From positions 40,548,001 to 40,612,000 of the forward strand of contig CM059446.1 of the NCBI GenBank assembly GCA_030390025.1: a DNA stretch of 64,000 nt. Reading direction: 5' to 3'. The position numbers and the translations under genes are program-made. The DNA is from Squalus acanthias. Taxonomy: Eukaryota. Shown here in pieces: positions 37,867 to 52,510 of the stretch. A model generated the notes under the pieces. The model did not search any database, had not been told where the DNA came from, and saw nothing but the letters and a program-made list of their open reading frames with translations. How positions within the stretch are numbered: position 1 is the first letter of the stretch; each line of letters begins with the position of its first letter.

Positions 37867-38674
37867 TTAAAGGAACACTATAATTTAGCAATATTACCAT
37901 TTGCTGCGAATGTATATTTTATAGTATTTGATGAATAAGTAAGCATGCCTGAAAATACTTATGGCCTTTGCATTAAAACATTTTAGTCAAAACTTGACTC
38001 CACAGTTCACCAGTTAGTAATTACTAAAAGCTAAAAGTAGGAGTTAGACTAGAAATTTTTGAAGGAAATTAAGCAGTACAGAATTTTAAGTCTTTAAGTA
38101 GAAAATAAATTTAGCTCTCCAAAAGTGTGTCTCCACAGATTGCCATTAGCGCTCATCCTACTTTTAAGCCATTGACTACCATTTTTTCCCCCCCTCTTTT
38201 CTACCCTTCCCAATCTCTTGTGCTTCCCCCCCGGTCACCGATATCACCTTAAATCTTGCTGTTAGGAAGACCATGAGAGCAGCTCAGAGGCGACTCCCTC
38301 CAATTTTCCCTTCGTTAATGTGGAAAAGTGACCAGCCTTTCCATAGTAATAGTGATAAGCCTGGAAACTATCGACGCTGATTGGCCTGAATCATCATCCT
38401 GCCACACTACAGCATAGCATGTTTAGTAGCTCATCAACAAATGCTTTCATACACTTACAGAAAGGATTTTGGAATTTTCAAATGATAAAACCATAGCTGG
38501 AGAAATTTACAGGACCAATAAGAACATTTATGAATGTTCTCAAAAACATTTGATTTTTGACCCTTCATCTATGAACTACAAGATCTGTATTTGCTGTTGG
38601 ACGATGTGTTAAAAGTTGTAATAGAAATATTTTCAGAAATCTACACTCAACATTTCTACCAGTTTATGAATCAG

Positions 38675-38960
38675 TTACAAGGGCATAACTTCATGATCAG
38701 TACCAGAAACAGAAAAGGGGGAGGTCAGAATTCTTTTTTCACCTAAAAGGTTATGGAATGCTTTACTACAAGTAGCTGTTGAAGTCAAATCAATCACAAC
38801 ATTTAAGAGGTAATTAGATAAATCATTGAAGAAACATTTTGAAGAGTATATGAGGAAACAGCACGGAAATGAGTTGAAAGTGGATAGATCTGATGGGGAA
38901 AGCTAGCACTAGGTCAGGCATGATGAGCCAAATGACCTGCTTCCAAACTGCAATTATGAT
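38675..38960 (+). mobile_element. Degenerate CR1 3' end
   Basis: acaagggcataact…ttcttttttcac…atggaatgctttac…atttaagagg.aattagataa pattern. Confidence 0.5.
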
Positions 38961-40608
38961 TTGGTTGATCAAAGGTTTTAACATGGAAATCAATATGCTG
39001 GCAATATGTGCATTTTTGCAGCTTCTTTACAGAGCTTAACTTTTTTTTTTAACTACAAAGGCACAATGGACTATTTTAAAAAATCACATGTACTGCATGC
39101 ACTAATACAGTACTGACAGTATTTGTGACGTTATGCCAACAGGAAACTACAGTTACAATGCCCATTGCTATCATTATTGGTTGAGACTAGCAGAGAGCTG
39201 CTCAAACACGCACGTGAAGCACTGGTTACCTGCCTCCAAATACGAATGAGATACCACAAAAAAAGTGGACAAATAGAATGGCAGTGAGAGACAGCCTTAC
39301 TTATCATCATAGTGCCATCTGTGCAAAGCCAAGATAATGGGAGACCACCCACTGGAGGTCACAACACTTCACCAATATCAGCCTCCACCAGCAGCTTTAT
39401 ACTTGATTTTTTTGGCATGCAAAATTGTTTTGACAATGGGTCCAAGGGATGCTGCGGTTAAATGCTGACAATATACTGCTGAACGTTGAAATCAAGTTGG
39501 TAAATATTTTAGTTCAATTACAATATCCCTCATTGCCCAAATGACATGCACAATTTTAACATGGGTGCATATTCAGTTCACTATAACTAATGTAGACAGA
39601 AACAAGAAGGCTGATGCATTTACTGTACTACTAAATACGCAGTGGTTTTGGTTGAAGCTTGTGCTAGGAAAAGAAGAACTTCAACTTGTAAATTCACTTG
39701 ATGTTTCACTCCTTGTACTTGGCTGAGCACAAGCTTGCGTTAGTAATCTTTGCCCCATCCCAAAGATCATGCTAATCACTGTGTATTAGTAACCACGGAG
39801 ACAATAGTCAAGAGAAGACAGGGCACTCTTTCCAGCGGGATCAACTAAATGTCAGAGTAATTGCAACAGCCAATAACACTCTCAGTGCCAAGAGTGTTAC
39901 TGCTAGATGCATCAGTACTTTTCCATTGCACATAAATATAATTGTTCATGTATCTACTCTATAATGACCAAATACTGAGTCCTGTAATAACACCTCCAAA
40001 ATATCTCCGTGTTTGCATTATTCTCCACATTTATGGTAACAGAATTTTTAAATACAAAGTCTAACAGGACTGGTTTCAAATTTACACTCTGCCCTGCTTG
40101 ATTTATTTACCCAAATATCAATAATAAAATTATTCTGAAAGTTACAATAAGTTTGAAGTGTAAATCTTCTGTTACAGTGGCATTATTTCAATACATATAT
40201 TAAGTAAATATTAAGAATGCCAGATTCTGCTAACTTTTATATAATGTGCATATGAACCAATGTATCTACTTATCAGTAATATCACTATATAAAACTATAT
40301 TTTTTAAATGAGGAAACTTTAAATATTAAAATTCCTTAAATGGCCAATCCAATGTCATACTATGTAATTGATTTGTACAATTCGGTGTCATGTCAGATAT
40401 TATACTCTATATAAAATGAGCTCCCAATTTCAATTACTGTTTTCTGGGAACCTGCACTGATTGAAGATGACATGCTTTCACTAAGAGTCAACTAACATTA
40501 CAGACACAGTCCTTCTATTGAACAGTTACCAAATAGCATTCCCAGGACCCCTAGACCAATTCACTATTTGCTCTCTTGGTAGGAGAGGAGCATATACAGA
40601 AAAATAAA

Positions 40609-40984
40609 TAGACTTGCATTTATTTAGTGCCTTTCACGACCTCCTGACATCCCAAAGGACAGCAAACTCCCACAATTTGATAATGACCAGATAATCTTTT
40701 TTCAGTAATGTTAATTGAAGGATAAATATTGGCCAGGACACTGGGGATAACTCCCCTGCTCTTCTTCGAAATAGTGCCATGGGATCTTTTACGTCCACCT
40801 GAGAGAACAGACGGGGCTTCGGTTTAACGTCTCATCCAAAAGACGGCACCTCCAACAGTGCAGCACTCCCTCAGTACTGCATTAAGTGCCAATCTAGATT
40901 TTTGTGCTCAAGTCTCTGGAGTGGGACTTGAACCCACAACCTTCTGACTCAGAGGCGAGGGTGCTACCCACCGAGCCACAGCTG
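40609..40984 (-). mobile_element. Deu-domain SINE
   Basis: Reverse-complement homologue of 34876-35327 with an internal deletion. Confidence 0.85.
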
Positions 40985-43900
40985 TATAACAGGAGAGGAA
41001 TAAATATGAATTGGGCAAAAAAATATATTAAAAGTACAAAATATAAAGTAAACAATAGGAATCTGGATCAATAAAGCCCATGAAATTTGTCAGACTGCCT
41101 TTTGACTGGTCTGGCTAAGGAGCTCTCTACCAAATCACTAATATATCACTATGAAAATAGAAAATTCCTTCAGCAAGGTGACAAAATTCAGACAATAATT
41201 AACTACAAACAAGGCAGATTATTCACTTTTAGATAAAATAATCCTAATTCTGCAACACCATTGACAACAGTCAAAATCTTGATATGCTGTTCCAACATTC
41301 GGTTGTCCAGGGATCTCCCATTAGCACCATTGACCAAAAGAGAACTTTGCAAAGTGAATATTTGATTATTTGTTTTTTTTAAAGTTAAACTTTGGCTCCT
41401 GTTTATTAAATTCATCACCAAATTGATTTTCGTCGTAGAAGGGGAAATTATCTCACCTATGTGGATTTCTTTTAAAAAATATCTCCAACAGCTCCTCCAT
41501 GGGGCCCTAAATTTATCCATTTGCTAATCCGGAAAATGCAGAACTATGCTCGGGCAGCATCAATCAAAAGTATCTCCTTGCGGTACACCCCCTCAGTATT
41601 ACTAGTGACCGTGTGCTTGGTATCTTTAGAGGGCAGTTTAGAAACTTGTTTTTTCTCCCAGGCCCTGCGGGGTATTTTCCTGCGGGGTTGTTTAACAGTA
41701 CATTTATTTGGTGGTTGTATTTTTGTGAGCAAGCACCATTTTGAATCCTGTAATGGCTGACCACCGAATTTAGTTGTCAAGAGAAACAGCTTCGAATGGC
41801 CCTTTGCTCTACTATTTCTTCAAAGGAATCTGGAACTATAGCTTCGGCAGTATTGTACAAAGACAGCAGAGATAAGAGGTGCATCAGCGACTCTGTGGCA
41901 GCCCACAGTCAAGTGAGAAGTCAAAGGAACCATACTCCAAGGGTCGCTTGTTTCTGATTGTAAGGAGATTAGTAATTACAGTAAATGTACTGTTTTCATA
42001 GAGTGCTGATATTTAGCTCTTTAACTGATGAATAGATTTGTCTAATGGTTTATGGCCTAAGCCAAGGTCTGGTAGAATGTACATTCTCTGCGTGCTGAAG
42101 ACTCGGATATCACGTGGTGGTACACAATGTGGATCTTGCCACAGTTTAGTATTGGGCAGGTAAAGACTCATTCGGATTCGTAGGGAGTTCGAGGTCCACT
42201 TATGGGAGTAGTTAGCGAGGCTGAACCCAAGGAACTATTTAGCATAAAAACATAAAATGTTAACAACAGTGATCTGCAGGCACTTACTCTCAACAATGCA
42301 TATCCAGAGTTACCTTTTCTAATACACACAATCAAATTTGTGGGTAATGTCACTGATCAGGAAATTACCAATTGATGAAAATGAACAAACAGTCGCACAT
42401 TTTAAATGAGTAATTCTAATCTATCTGTACCAATAAATACATAATTTCCCCTTGTGATAACATTAAAAGATCAGGAATCAAAGTTTACCGAGACTAGATC
42501 ATGTTTCCACAACAACATCTCCGAAGTGAAGAGAATGTTCTTGGCCAACTCTTCACATACACAGCTTGAAGATCATCTTTCAGGTAATAATTAACAGCCA
42601 ACAATCAACAGAAGCTTGGTCTCTGGTCAGTCACACGATTGTTCCTTCCCTTCCCTTCCCTTCAGAGTTCAGTAGTTAATCATAAGAGTTCTTGTCATAA
42701 AGAGTCAAAAGACACAGTGTTGTCATCCACATATAGTCTGCTCGCCTTGCGAATAATTTACAGCAGAGAGTGAAATGAATCATCCTAGCAACGTTTTAAT
42801 AATCTGACCTTTCGGTGTTGGTAAAACAAAATTACGTTTACTGGGTGTTTTTGCTGGTTATCGGCACGGATCAGAACAGGATTACACAACATAACCCACA
42901 GATTCTTAAAAAATTCCTTAATGTCAGCATTAAATATAGAAAACGTGAATACAGAAATTATTGTGGGAGGAAAAAAGAAGTGATTAAAGTGGTGCAGCAT
43001 AATGTAATTCAGGAATTCAAGCCAGAATCAGCTCATAAGTTATCCTTCACATGTCCGGCGTATTAATGTGTTGATCAGTAAAAGGACAATTCATCATATT
43101 GTGGAATGTTCCAACACGGAAACAAGCCATTCAGCCCATCAAGTACCGCGTTTTCTCCATGTGAGTCATTTAGTCTAATCCCACTCCCCCAATTGCTTTG
43201 ACATTGCTCTTTTCAAGCAGCTATTTTTAAGAGTTTAAAGAGGAAACCAGTAGAAATGCTTATTCTTTTCTACCTTTCTAGCCATCAGAAGCACATGGTT
43301 CTGGCTATGGAAATCTACTGGTGCTTCTCATCACATCCTCCAGTTGATATGGAAACCTTTCTCAAGGTAAGTGACGGCTACAGAAGAGGATCTGTTTAAA
43401 ATGAACATGTGTTGTACTGACTACCATCTGGATACTTTCCCATACTGACATGTGAACTTGATTACAATCACGTTTTTTGAATCTTCGATCAATATATGCC
43501 AAAAGTAGTTGAGGACAAAAGCATTCAAGGAACGATGGCTTTCTGCAAATCGACCAATCATACTGGGAAATCAGCTCATCTTTAGCATGCAGCATTTGCA
43601 TTGCGAAGTTTCACTTGACTGAAAGCAGAGTTCAAGTACAGTACCTGGAAAATTCACGTGCCATGAATCTGGGATTCTGGTTCTGTGACTTGCGCTTCAA
43701 TTCAGCAAACCTCTGAGCAAAGGGCTGTGTCACAATTTGCCACTAATGAAGACCAATGAAGGCCATTATGGATTTGGCTAAGCTGTTACTGCTATGTGCT
43801 TTTAAAAATATTCCTGTTTGCTTGGTCCAATACAATTTATGCATACTTTTAAATTAAAAGAAAAAAGACAAACAAATATCCTTACATGAGGTTAAGGTTT

Positions 43901-44184
43901 GTTGATTACCCTCTCTTGCCTTTAAAAAATTAATTGAAGTTTGGAATCCAAATTGTTTCCCCACTCAGATCATTATTAAAAAATGATGAGGCAGACAACA
44001 CTTAACTTCTGTAGTACAACTACAGTGTAAAATATTAATGTATCATAATTCATCATAAAAAGGTATGGTACGATTTGAGTAAGTGGTCAATTTCTAAGCT
44101 ACCTATATTTCTTCATTTATTCTACATCTCTGTTTCTTCAGCAGTTATAGTGCACTAATGATCAGAGACTGGTAGCTGGACTTA

Positions 44185-45215
44185 TTTTTTTATTGATGTG
44201 GGTGCCACTGGCAAGGCACTATTTATTGCCCATGAGTCAATCATGTATTATGGCAATGGAGTCACATGTAAGCCAGAGCAGACAGGGCAGCAGGTCCCTC
44301 CCTGGAGAACATTAGTGAACCATTTTGTGCAGTATCAGCCCACAAATGACCAAATTTACTGGGCCAGAAATTCGGCACTTGCCGGGTGAGTACGCGTTGT
44401 GTACTCACCCGTAAGGCCACCTGAAGTGCCGGTTTCCTGCATGCACTGCGCATGCGCGGGAAACCGGAACTTCCGTTCCCCTGAAGGGAGGGGTTTAGAG
44501 GTGAACCGCGTGCGCGGGAGAGGCTGCGCACAAGCAGCGAACTTCGTTTTTTTTTCAGGTTTCTCCGGGAAGGTAAGTATGGAAGAACCTGCGCTTTAAA
44601 AAGGAGGCGCAAGACCCGTTTTTAACAAGGTAAGTGGTTAATTAATTACAATTTTAAATTTTAACAGGTTTATCTTTTTTAGATACTTTAAAGAAAGGTA
44701 AGTTTATTTTTAGCACTGTTAAAAAGTATTTTAATTTTTTCAAAAATTTAAATTTTTGTTTAAAGTAGTTAATTTATTTAACTTAGTTATTTTAAAAATG
44801 TGATGGTTTTTTCAAAAAATGATTTGAAGTTTAGCTGTTGTTTTGGGGCCGATTTCAATTCATAGATTTGACAGGTCTTCCTGTCAAATCTATGAATGAA
44901 AGATGGTCTGCTGCCATTGGCTCTCCATGGCCCACATGATCCCAGGGGACGCATCGCACTAACTACGCCCCTGGGATACACAAGCACTGCACGCCGGCAG
45001 CTGCAGGAGGCCCAGGAGCTGAAGTCCCCGTGGGCCCAGAAGTCAACGGCAGGCGCGGTAGGTAGGTGTGCGCGCGATCCTTGCACCCGCGGGAAGCCAG
45101 GGAGCCGAATTTCTGGCCCAATTGAATTCAGCTTCCCAGCTTGACATGGTGGGATTTGAACTCTCACCCTCTGGATTGCTGGTCCAGTGCCATACCCACT
45201 GGACGACCGTACCCG
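44185..45215 (-). mobile_element. tRNA-headed SINE split by a MITE
   Basis: Head at 45120-45215; body and LINE-type tail (atttattgccca) at 44185-44360. Confidence 0.6.
44361..45119. mobile_element. Young MITE, probably PIF/Harbinger type
   Basis: Perfect 16-bp TIR gggccagaaattcggc / gccgaatttctggccc; CpG-rich arms and AT-rich core; flanks act/aat. Confidence 0.8.
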
Positions 45216-48200
45216 AACCCAATTAACAGCCAGCAGCACTCAAAGTTATGCTGCGGGCTGCTTGACACACTGACAGGCAGGAGCCAGCTCCCTGTACACA
45301 AGCTGGACTCCTGGGGAGCACGACAGAAAGCATCGTCATTCTCAAAACACTTTATGTAAAAAAAAGACAAGTTTATAAAGTGCCCCGCTCAATTCGGCAC
45401 CAGAGTTTGTGCTCCATGTGGTGTGAAGTGCAAGGTGTGCGAGACAGCCTCTGCCATGAGCCCTCAAACTACTGCATTCTACAGCAAGACTGGAATCGGA
45501 TTCTCTGGTCAGATTGTCTGGTCACTTTTGCATTGTTGTGAAGTACTGCACAAGTGGCAGAATAACGGTGCCCTTTGTTCCTTGTTATATTTCCTCATCA
45601 TTCTTGCATTCCTCGTTTAATTTATTTCATTTGGTTTCGTCTTCATTTGTTAATAACCCACTTATCTGCTTCTGATAAACTAAGTCCAAATAATTAGAGG
45701 ATGAGCACATTTACTTTTCTTTTACAAGTAACATTTAATCATCTACAGCATAATGCATTACTACAGGTGTTCTACAAAAATAGCATTTGGTCCAGCACGA
45801 GCACACATGTAAGATATACACCAAATCCTCAGTAGATTATCCACGACTGGCTATTATGTTTACTGTGACACAGAAATTTTTGCTTTTAAAGAAATACTTC
45901 CTCCTGTTGAAACAGTGCTTTACCCTTCAAAAAGGGACGTACCTTCTTTTACTCCCTCACGACGAGTCCCTCCAGTTATACAGACTCCAATGGTTGTGGA
46001 GAAAGGCAAATGGCCTGCTTCGTGTCCACATCACTTCACACGTCATCACCACAAGAGCGTAGAAGGACCCAGGACTGACACCTTCGCAAATTTTCCATCC
46101 TTTCTGGAGGGAGATGCCTGGTCTGTATTAGTTGCCTCCCTGCCAGCAAAGTGGAGTTTGGGAATTCCACTGATTGGGACTCTCGGCTGCATTTTCCGAC
46201 CCTATGGTACTGCATGTTGGTGCTCTAATACTCAGCGCCCATCATACCCACGTCCCTCCTTTTTTAAATTAGCAACAGGGAAAGTTGAAGTGAAACAGGT
46301 GTTTACTGCCGAACGATAACCGACGTACAACAGTGGAGATGCAAAAAAAATACAGGAAAACTCCCAAGCAGGCAGAAGGGAAGGGGTGAAAAAAAAAGAA
46401 AAAAAATCAAGACAAGTTTCTGAACATAATGTCAGAGCTTTACCTCAAGCTGTTGTCCACATGCTAAGAAACAGAAGCAAAACAGTGCGAGCAGGTGATT
46501 AAATATACACGCGCAGTGAGCTGCAATAAGCACGTGTAGTGGCAGTTTTTTTTGCTGCAAGCTCATTTGAAGACTGGGTTGCCAAAATGTAGTCTGAGTA
46601 TCAGGATATTAAAATCTGGATCTGTAGACTGCAATGAGAAAAATGGTTGGTGGCTGGACCAAGACAAGCAAAACATTGGGGCAGGGGGTGGGGTGGGAAG
46701 AAAGTGCATTCTTTAATAGACGGTTAAATACAACTTCTGTTGAGAAAGTTGAAAGACTGCACCATCTGTTAAATCAACATTTCAACAACTTCTTGCAGGC
46801 TACTTCATAACCTATGATAGAACACAAATGAAATAATGTCCCTTCCCACTGCACTAATTCCCAGGGTGGCAATGTGATCTGGAGACAGACAGCGGAACCA
46901 ATAGAGGAATCAGGATTGGTTGCTGGATTGGTCTTTCAAACATTCAAGGACTTCAAACTCCTCCAAAATTCGGCAGCACATTAAAATATCACCCTTCTTA
47001 AACATGCAACCAAGAGATCAAATTATTCAACCTTAAAACGAGTCAAGTGCATGCATTCACACTAGCGCCAGGAAGTCAAAATGTTCAACAAGTTCTGACT
47101 ATTCTTTAAAGATGCCTCTGCCTGTGGTGCAGAAAAGACTATTGGATTTCTGGGGAGAAAGGAACACAAGCACAGCACTGGGAGAAATCGAATGCCTAAA
47201 ATAGGTATTAAAAGACAAAAAGGTATTGCAGAATTTACGATGGCTGCTTTAGCTGACAATTCAGAGACTCCATTTCTCTGCATTCCATCACCCTCACCAA
47301 TTAAAATTTCATAAAAATGCAATTACTGGAGAAACATATAACCCTCACCTAAAACATCACAGCGCCTGAAAATTATTACTATCAGCAATTAGCATGGTGG
47401 GATCAAATTGCTCCTCCCTGGAGGCATTAAGCCCTTTATTTTACACAGGTAAGTGTCTTGTTAAATAAGCAGAGAAGAATGTGATACAAACGGAGTGCGG
47501 AATAAATGCCTGTAAAGAAAATAATTGTGATGAGTGGTCGAGGTGCAGGTAACGTTATATATAACAAAAGTGTTGCTCAACTTAAAGCAGTCAGTAAAAT
47601 CTCCACGTAAATCACCCCCATTTCGACAAAGCCTACATGCATGCCACGGAGGTCGTGCAATCGTGTTTATTCAGTTTTTAAAAAAAATTAGCAGCAGGTA
47701 CCATGGGAGACACTGCTGGCCTCTGTGGTCAGAATTTTTATTTAATGGTTCAAACTGAAAAAGAAAAGCGATTGCTTCATTGTTGGTCGGCTTTTTGCGG
47801 TCACTCAGGCCTCACAGTTAATTATAAATTTTCTGCCTGGTTGTCAGAGTGAGCTCTTTATAGTACCACATGAGCAGGGTGAAAACGATAACTCCTATGA
47901 CGTACCTCTTTCTGACTTTAGTAGAGAAAGAGAATGGTGCTCAAAAACAAAGCAGATAAGATATTTAAATCAGTCGTTCTTGCAGTATTTGCTGGTTTGC
48001 AAATGGTGGCTGTGGGAAAAAAAAAAAGGATTTGCTTGCTATATAAATGCAAGTTCTTTGCTCAGTTTCCTCCTGGTTACTTAGTCCTCATTTGTCATGT
48101 TAATTTATTCAAATATGGTCATCAGATATTTCACTGGCTCAAGCAGCATTAATCTGTTATTGCCAATATCAGAGATTTTGCTCTTCAAACATGTGATACT

Positions 48201-48981
48201 TCAGGAAGTGCAAGGTTTTCAGGACGCATTTTCAGATGTGATGGGACTTAATTATACAGCTGTAATAGTTGCGGGAACAATTCACCAAACAAGAAATACG
48301 ATAACATATGTATATTTTGGGAATATTTGAACAAACGTTAATACTATAGCCAGGGAATCCAAAATAGTCATTGTTACATTTACAAAATGATTCATTTCAG
48401 ATTTCTATAACCTTTAGAAATAAAGTCAGCATCAGAGTATAGTATTTCACTGAATATATACACAAATGCCCCACAAAGTATTAATCGTTTCCAAAGAACG
48501 AATTACAAGTAACTAACTTTTTTCAAGTAACATTTACAATAGGATCTATTTGGAAATAGGCTAATTTTTCAAGACAAGGTAAAGAACTCTGATGTGCAAA
48601 AGGTGTCTAAATTGCAGAGACATAAATGCTGAGAGACTTTGCTGACTCCCTCATTGGCAGGAACTAGCATTTCAGAACCCACAGCAGCTCAATCTGTAAG
48701 CAGCAAATTATCAGTGTTCTCCATTGTCACCATCATTCATCTAGAAAAATTAATACTTTACATTATAAGTTTTTGGCACATCAATTATTTCAGTTTTCTT
48801 TTTAAAAAAAAAATCTAAATACATCATGGGGAGCTGCAGCTTTGAGTTTGTGATATTATTGGCAGCTGTACAACATGGTTAATGCACCAAAGGGTAAATT
48901 CTGTTACTCTAAACAGGATGCAAGCTCGAACCTGTCATTCATGTATCATTCAAAACAGCATGCTTGCAAATGGGAGGGGGA

Positions 48982-49200
48982 TTTTTTTTTTTGTATATTC
49001 ATTCTGGGGATATGGGCGTCGCCAGCAAGACTAGCATTTATTGCCCATCCCTAGATTATCTTGAGAAAATGGTGGTGGGCCTTCTTCTTGAACCGCTGCA
49101 GTCCGTGTGGTGAAGGTACTCCCACAGTGCTGTTAGGCAGGGAGTTCCAGGATTTTGCCCCAGCGACGATGAAAGAACGGCGATATATTTCCAAGTTGGG
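48982..49200 (-). mobile_element. LINE 3' end, same family as 9001
   Basis: LEIYRRSFIVAGAKSWNSLPNSTVGVPSPHGLQRFKKKAHHH; poly-T tail on the plus strand. Confidence 0.75.
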
Positions 49201-51649
49201 GAACGTGAGGAAGCTGCAGTATTTATAATTATTAATGGGATAAATATGCAATGATTTATTTTTTCACTTAAACACACTCGGACTTTTGCACACACTCCGT
49301 ATTCCTTTGTTTCACGTCACCATCAGTGCAGCCTGAGCCATCTGCTGATTCTTTCTAGCTCAGTCATCATGTCACAAGCTGTATTAGCAGGTGTAGCTTT
49401 GCTCAAATGTTTCTCTCTTTACTCGTACTCCCGTCAACTCTCTCCACACCTTCTGTCATCATTAGCAGAGCACTAATGAAATCAGTCAGTGGCAAGCCAA
49501 TGCAGGAAGGTGCTTTGCTATGAAGCTGTGTTCTTTAGATTTCTAAGTGTAAAGAACTAGGCACATCAAAAAGCAAATCTCAATACAAGAATATTTAGAG
49601 CTGAGATCTCACTTTTATACAACAATACTGCAAGTCATTTGCAACTTTATACAGTAGTTATGTAAATGGGACTTAATGTTTTAGGCTCCAATCCATGCAA
49701 GTTGCTCAGATCATTCATTCCTTTGACCTAATTCAACATTCAGATACAAATCAATTCATTTTTACCCCTGGGAACTACTGATCACTGTGTAACATTATGA
49801 GAGTACGACAACTGCAGAATGTGCATCAAAATCTTATGGGCTCTATTTAAATTCAACAAATCTTTCTCAGAGGCTAGTCAATTTCCCTGCAGGAAGGGAG
49901 GAGAGGAAAGGGAAAGGGAAGAGAGGGGAGGGGAGTAAGAGAAGCCAGTATGCAAGTCACACCAGATTGTTCTCATACAATACCTCTACATTCGTGCACT
50001 TCTCAACACCAACTACAAGGCACATGGAGACCAATATATTGGCACAGCATGTTGGAGCACCATAGATTCATCCATGCTGTTGAGCTTCCAGCCTCAGGTG
50101 TGCTGCTATGAAGACGCACCAAGATGCCAAACAAGCCACACCAGAGGCAGACAGCATTGGTTGATAATGGAATCTAGGGGCTCGGGGGGGGGAGGGGGGA
50201 GACAAAAAAAAGATTGGCGAAGAAAGATTGGCGAAGACTTGATACCAAGTCACTTGCTCACTTTCTTGCCGATTAAACAGTATGTGGTGTAGCCGACCAG
50301 GGAAAAGGCAAACTAAATGTCATCTTTCAACACAAGCAAAAGTGCCTCTATTCTTCATTCACACTATATTTGTCATGAAAAGGTTAATGTTAATTAAGTA
50401 GCCAACACAGATTTACTAGTGGCAGCTACTCTCACCTCCGTCGCTACATTCTGGAGAAACAAAAAGTTTCTGTATATATTGTTTCAGATCTTAACAAATC
50501 CAGAAGAAAATTGGTGAATAAAACAAAATTAAGTCTGGTTTTTTTTTTAAATCCAATTTTTTGTGCAATGTCAACATTATTAAATTCATTCAGAATTAAC
50601 TTATAAAAACAGCATTCCATTCAGAATTGATATATCCCCGAGCAGTTTGCCTGGCCAAGGCATTATATATTCCTTGGACTTTTTTTCTATAGGTTGAGCA
50701 TTTTACTTAATGCAGTGAAGAATTACCGAATTTTGTACAACACATTTCGTGAAGAACAAAGTTGCAAATTTTATTTCTATCTTACAAGGCTTCTATGGCC
50801 ATTAAGGATTTCTTGTTTCAAGGAAGATAATAGATAGTAAACAGTGCAGTAAAGGGAGATTGAAGTTTGCTGTGCAGTGCTTCCAGTTATACAGTAGCGA
50901 TTATGAAGCCGAAGGGATGAAAATATAGGTCCAGAATCTGCCCTCAGACCCGGACCCCATGTCAAATCCCACAATCGGACCAGTTTTAGGGTAGTTCTAC
51001 TGCACGTATTGCCTCAAGGGGAACTTTTGGCTTCAAAAGGCTCTCAGATTACTGAGAAAGCCAAAAAGGAAAATTTGCGCAGTGAAACAGCTGCAGACAC
51101 TGCACACACAGTAAGTGTGGCCTCGATTATAAACGGTTGTCACAGTTAAATAGGGCTGCTGCTCTTATTTACAACCCCAGCTTTCATTAGTGATGTTAAA
51201 CACTATTGTTATTGTTCTCACTATATCCTCCCATTTAATTTCATTTAAAAAAACTTCATGCACCAGGATCGCTGGTAGGCTATTTTTGAATACATTTAAG
51301 TATGACTTTTATATTTGCCAACAGTATTACCACACACAAAACCAGAGATAGATCAAATGATCTGTTCCATGATGGAAGTAGTAATCATATTCATGCACAG
51401 CTACAGGCCGTTAGTAAAAAGCTCCTTTTGTTGCATAGGAAAGGGCTTCTTAAAAATTGGACAATGGATTTCTAGGTAATCCCGGGTACCAATAAAACAG
51501 CTTCCTTAACCAAACCTTTAACCTCAGGGTATTTAGTCACATAATATTTATATTGTCTAAAAGAACCACTTTGTACTCCTGTTATGCCCTCCCAAAATAT
51601 AGTATTTCAAAACCGTTTAGGAATAGGAATAAAAGAAAAGAAACAGAAA

Positions 51650-51900
51650 TTAACTTGTATTTATATAAGCATCGTTCACATCCTTAGATAGGCAAAGGAA
51701 GCAGCCAATTTTGGCACAGCAAGATCCCACAAACAGCAAATAAGATAACCAGTTAATCTGTTTTTCGCGCTTTTGGTTGAGGTTTAACGTCTCATTTGAA
51801 CTGTCAACAATGCAGTAATCCCTCTGTGCTGCGCTAAATTGCTAGCCTAGGTTTTGTGCTCAATACTGGAATGGGGCTTGAAGCCACAACCTTCCGAATC
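51650..51900 (-). mobile_element. Degenerate Deu-SINE
   Basis: gcagccaattttggcacagcaagatcccacaaacagcaa and ggtttaacgtctcat motifs. Confidence 0.6.
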
Positions 51901-52194
51901 AAAACCTTCCGACATAAAAAACAGAATCCCACCCCCTGCACGGGCTGGTTATTCCTCTGTGTATGTGGTGCAAGTGGATTGGCCCTCGCCACTGTTATCA
52001 CTGAATCTGTAATCACATTCCACTGGATCAGCTTCAAGAAACAGCATTTTGTACCAGTCTATACAATATTGTGGCTGCACACTCGTTAAAGTCGTGTGTC
52101 AAGTAACAAATTATTACTTCCTCCTTCATTATTTCCATAACACACATCTTGCATGCTTTTTGTCACAATTAAGCTTACCCATTCATTTTACCCA

Positions 52195-52510
52195 CAAGAA
52201 CAAAAACTTGCCTTTCTATAGCACCTTTAACATAGTAAAACATCCCAAGGTGCGTTATCAAACAAAATTTAGCACTGAGCCACATAAGTAGATATTAGGA
52301 CAGGTGACCAAAAGCTTGGTTAAAGAGGTAGGTTTTCAGGAGCATCTTAAAGGAGGAAAGAGATGTAGAGAGGTGGGGAGGTTTAGGGAGGGAATTCTAG
52401 AGCTTAGGGTCTAGGTAGCTTAAGGCCGCCAATGGTGGAGCGATGGAAATTGGGGATGTGCAAGAGGCCAGAATTGGAGGAGCGCAGAAACCTCGGAGGC
52501 TTGTAGGGCT
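52195..52510 (-). mobile_element. L2 LINE 3' end
   Basis: Reverse-complement homologue of 3105-3516. Confidence 0.8.

Noticed and set aside
44361-45119. CpG-island promoter for MEF2A
   Set aside because: The CpG-rich sequence is bounded exactly by MITE TIRs and interrupts a SINE.
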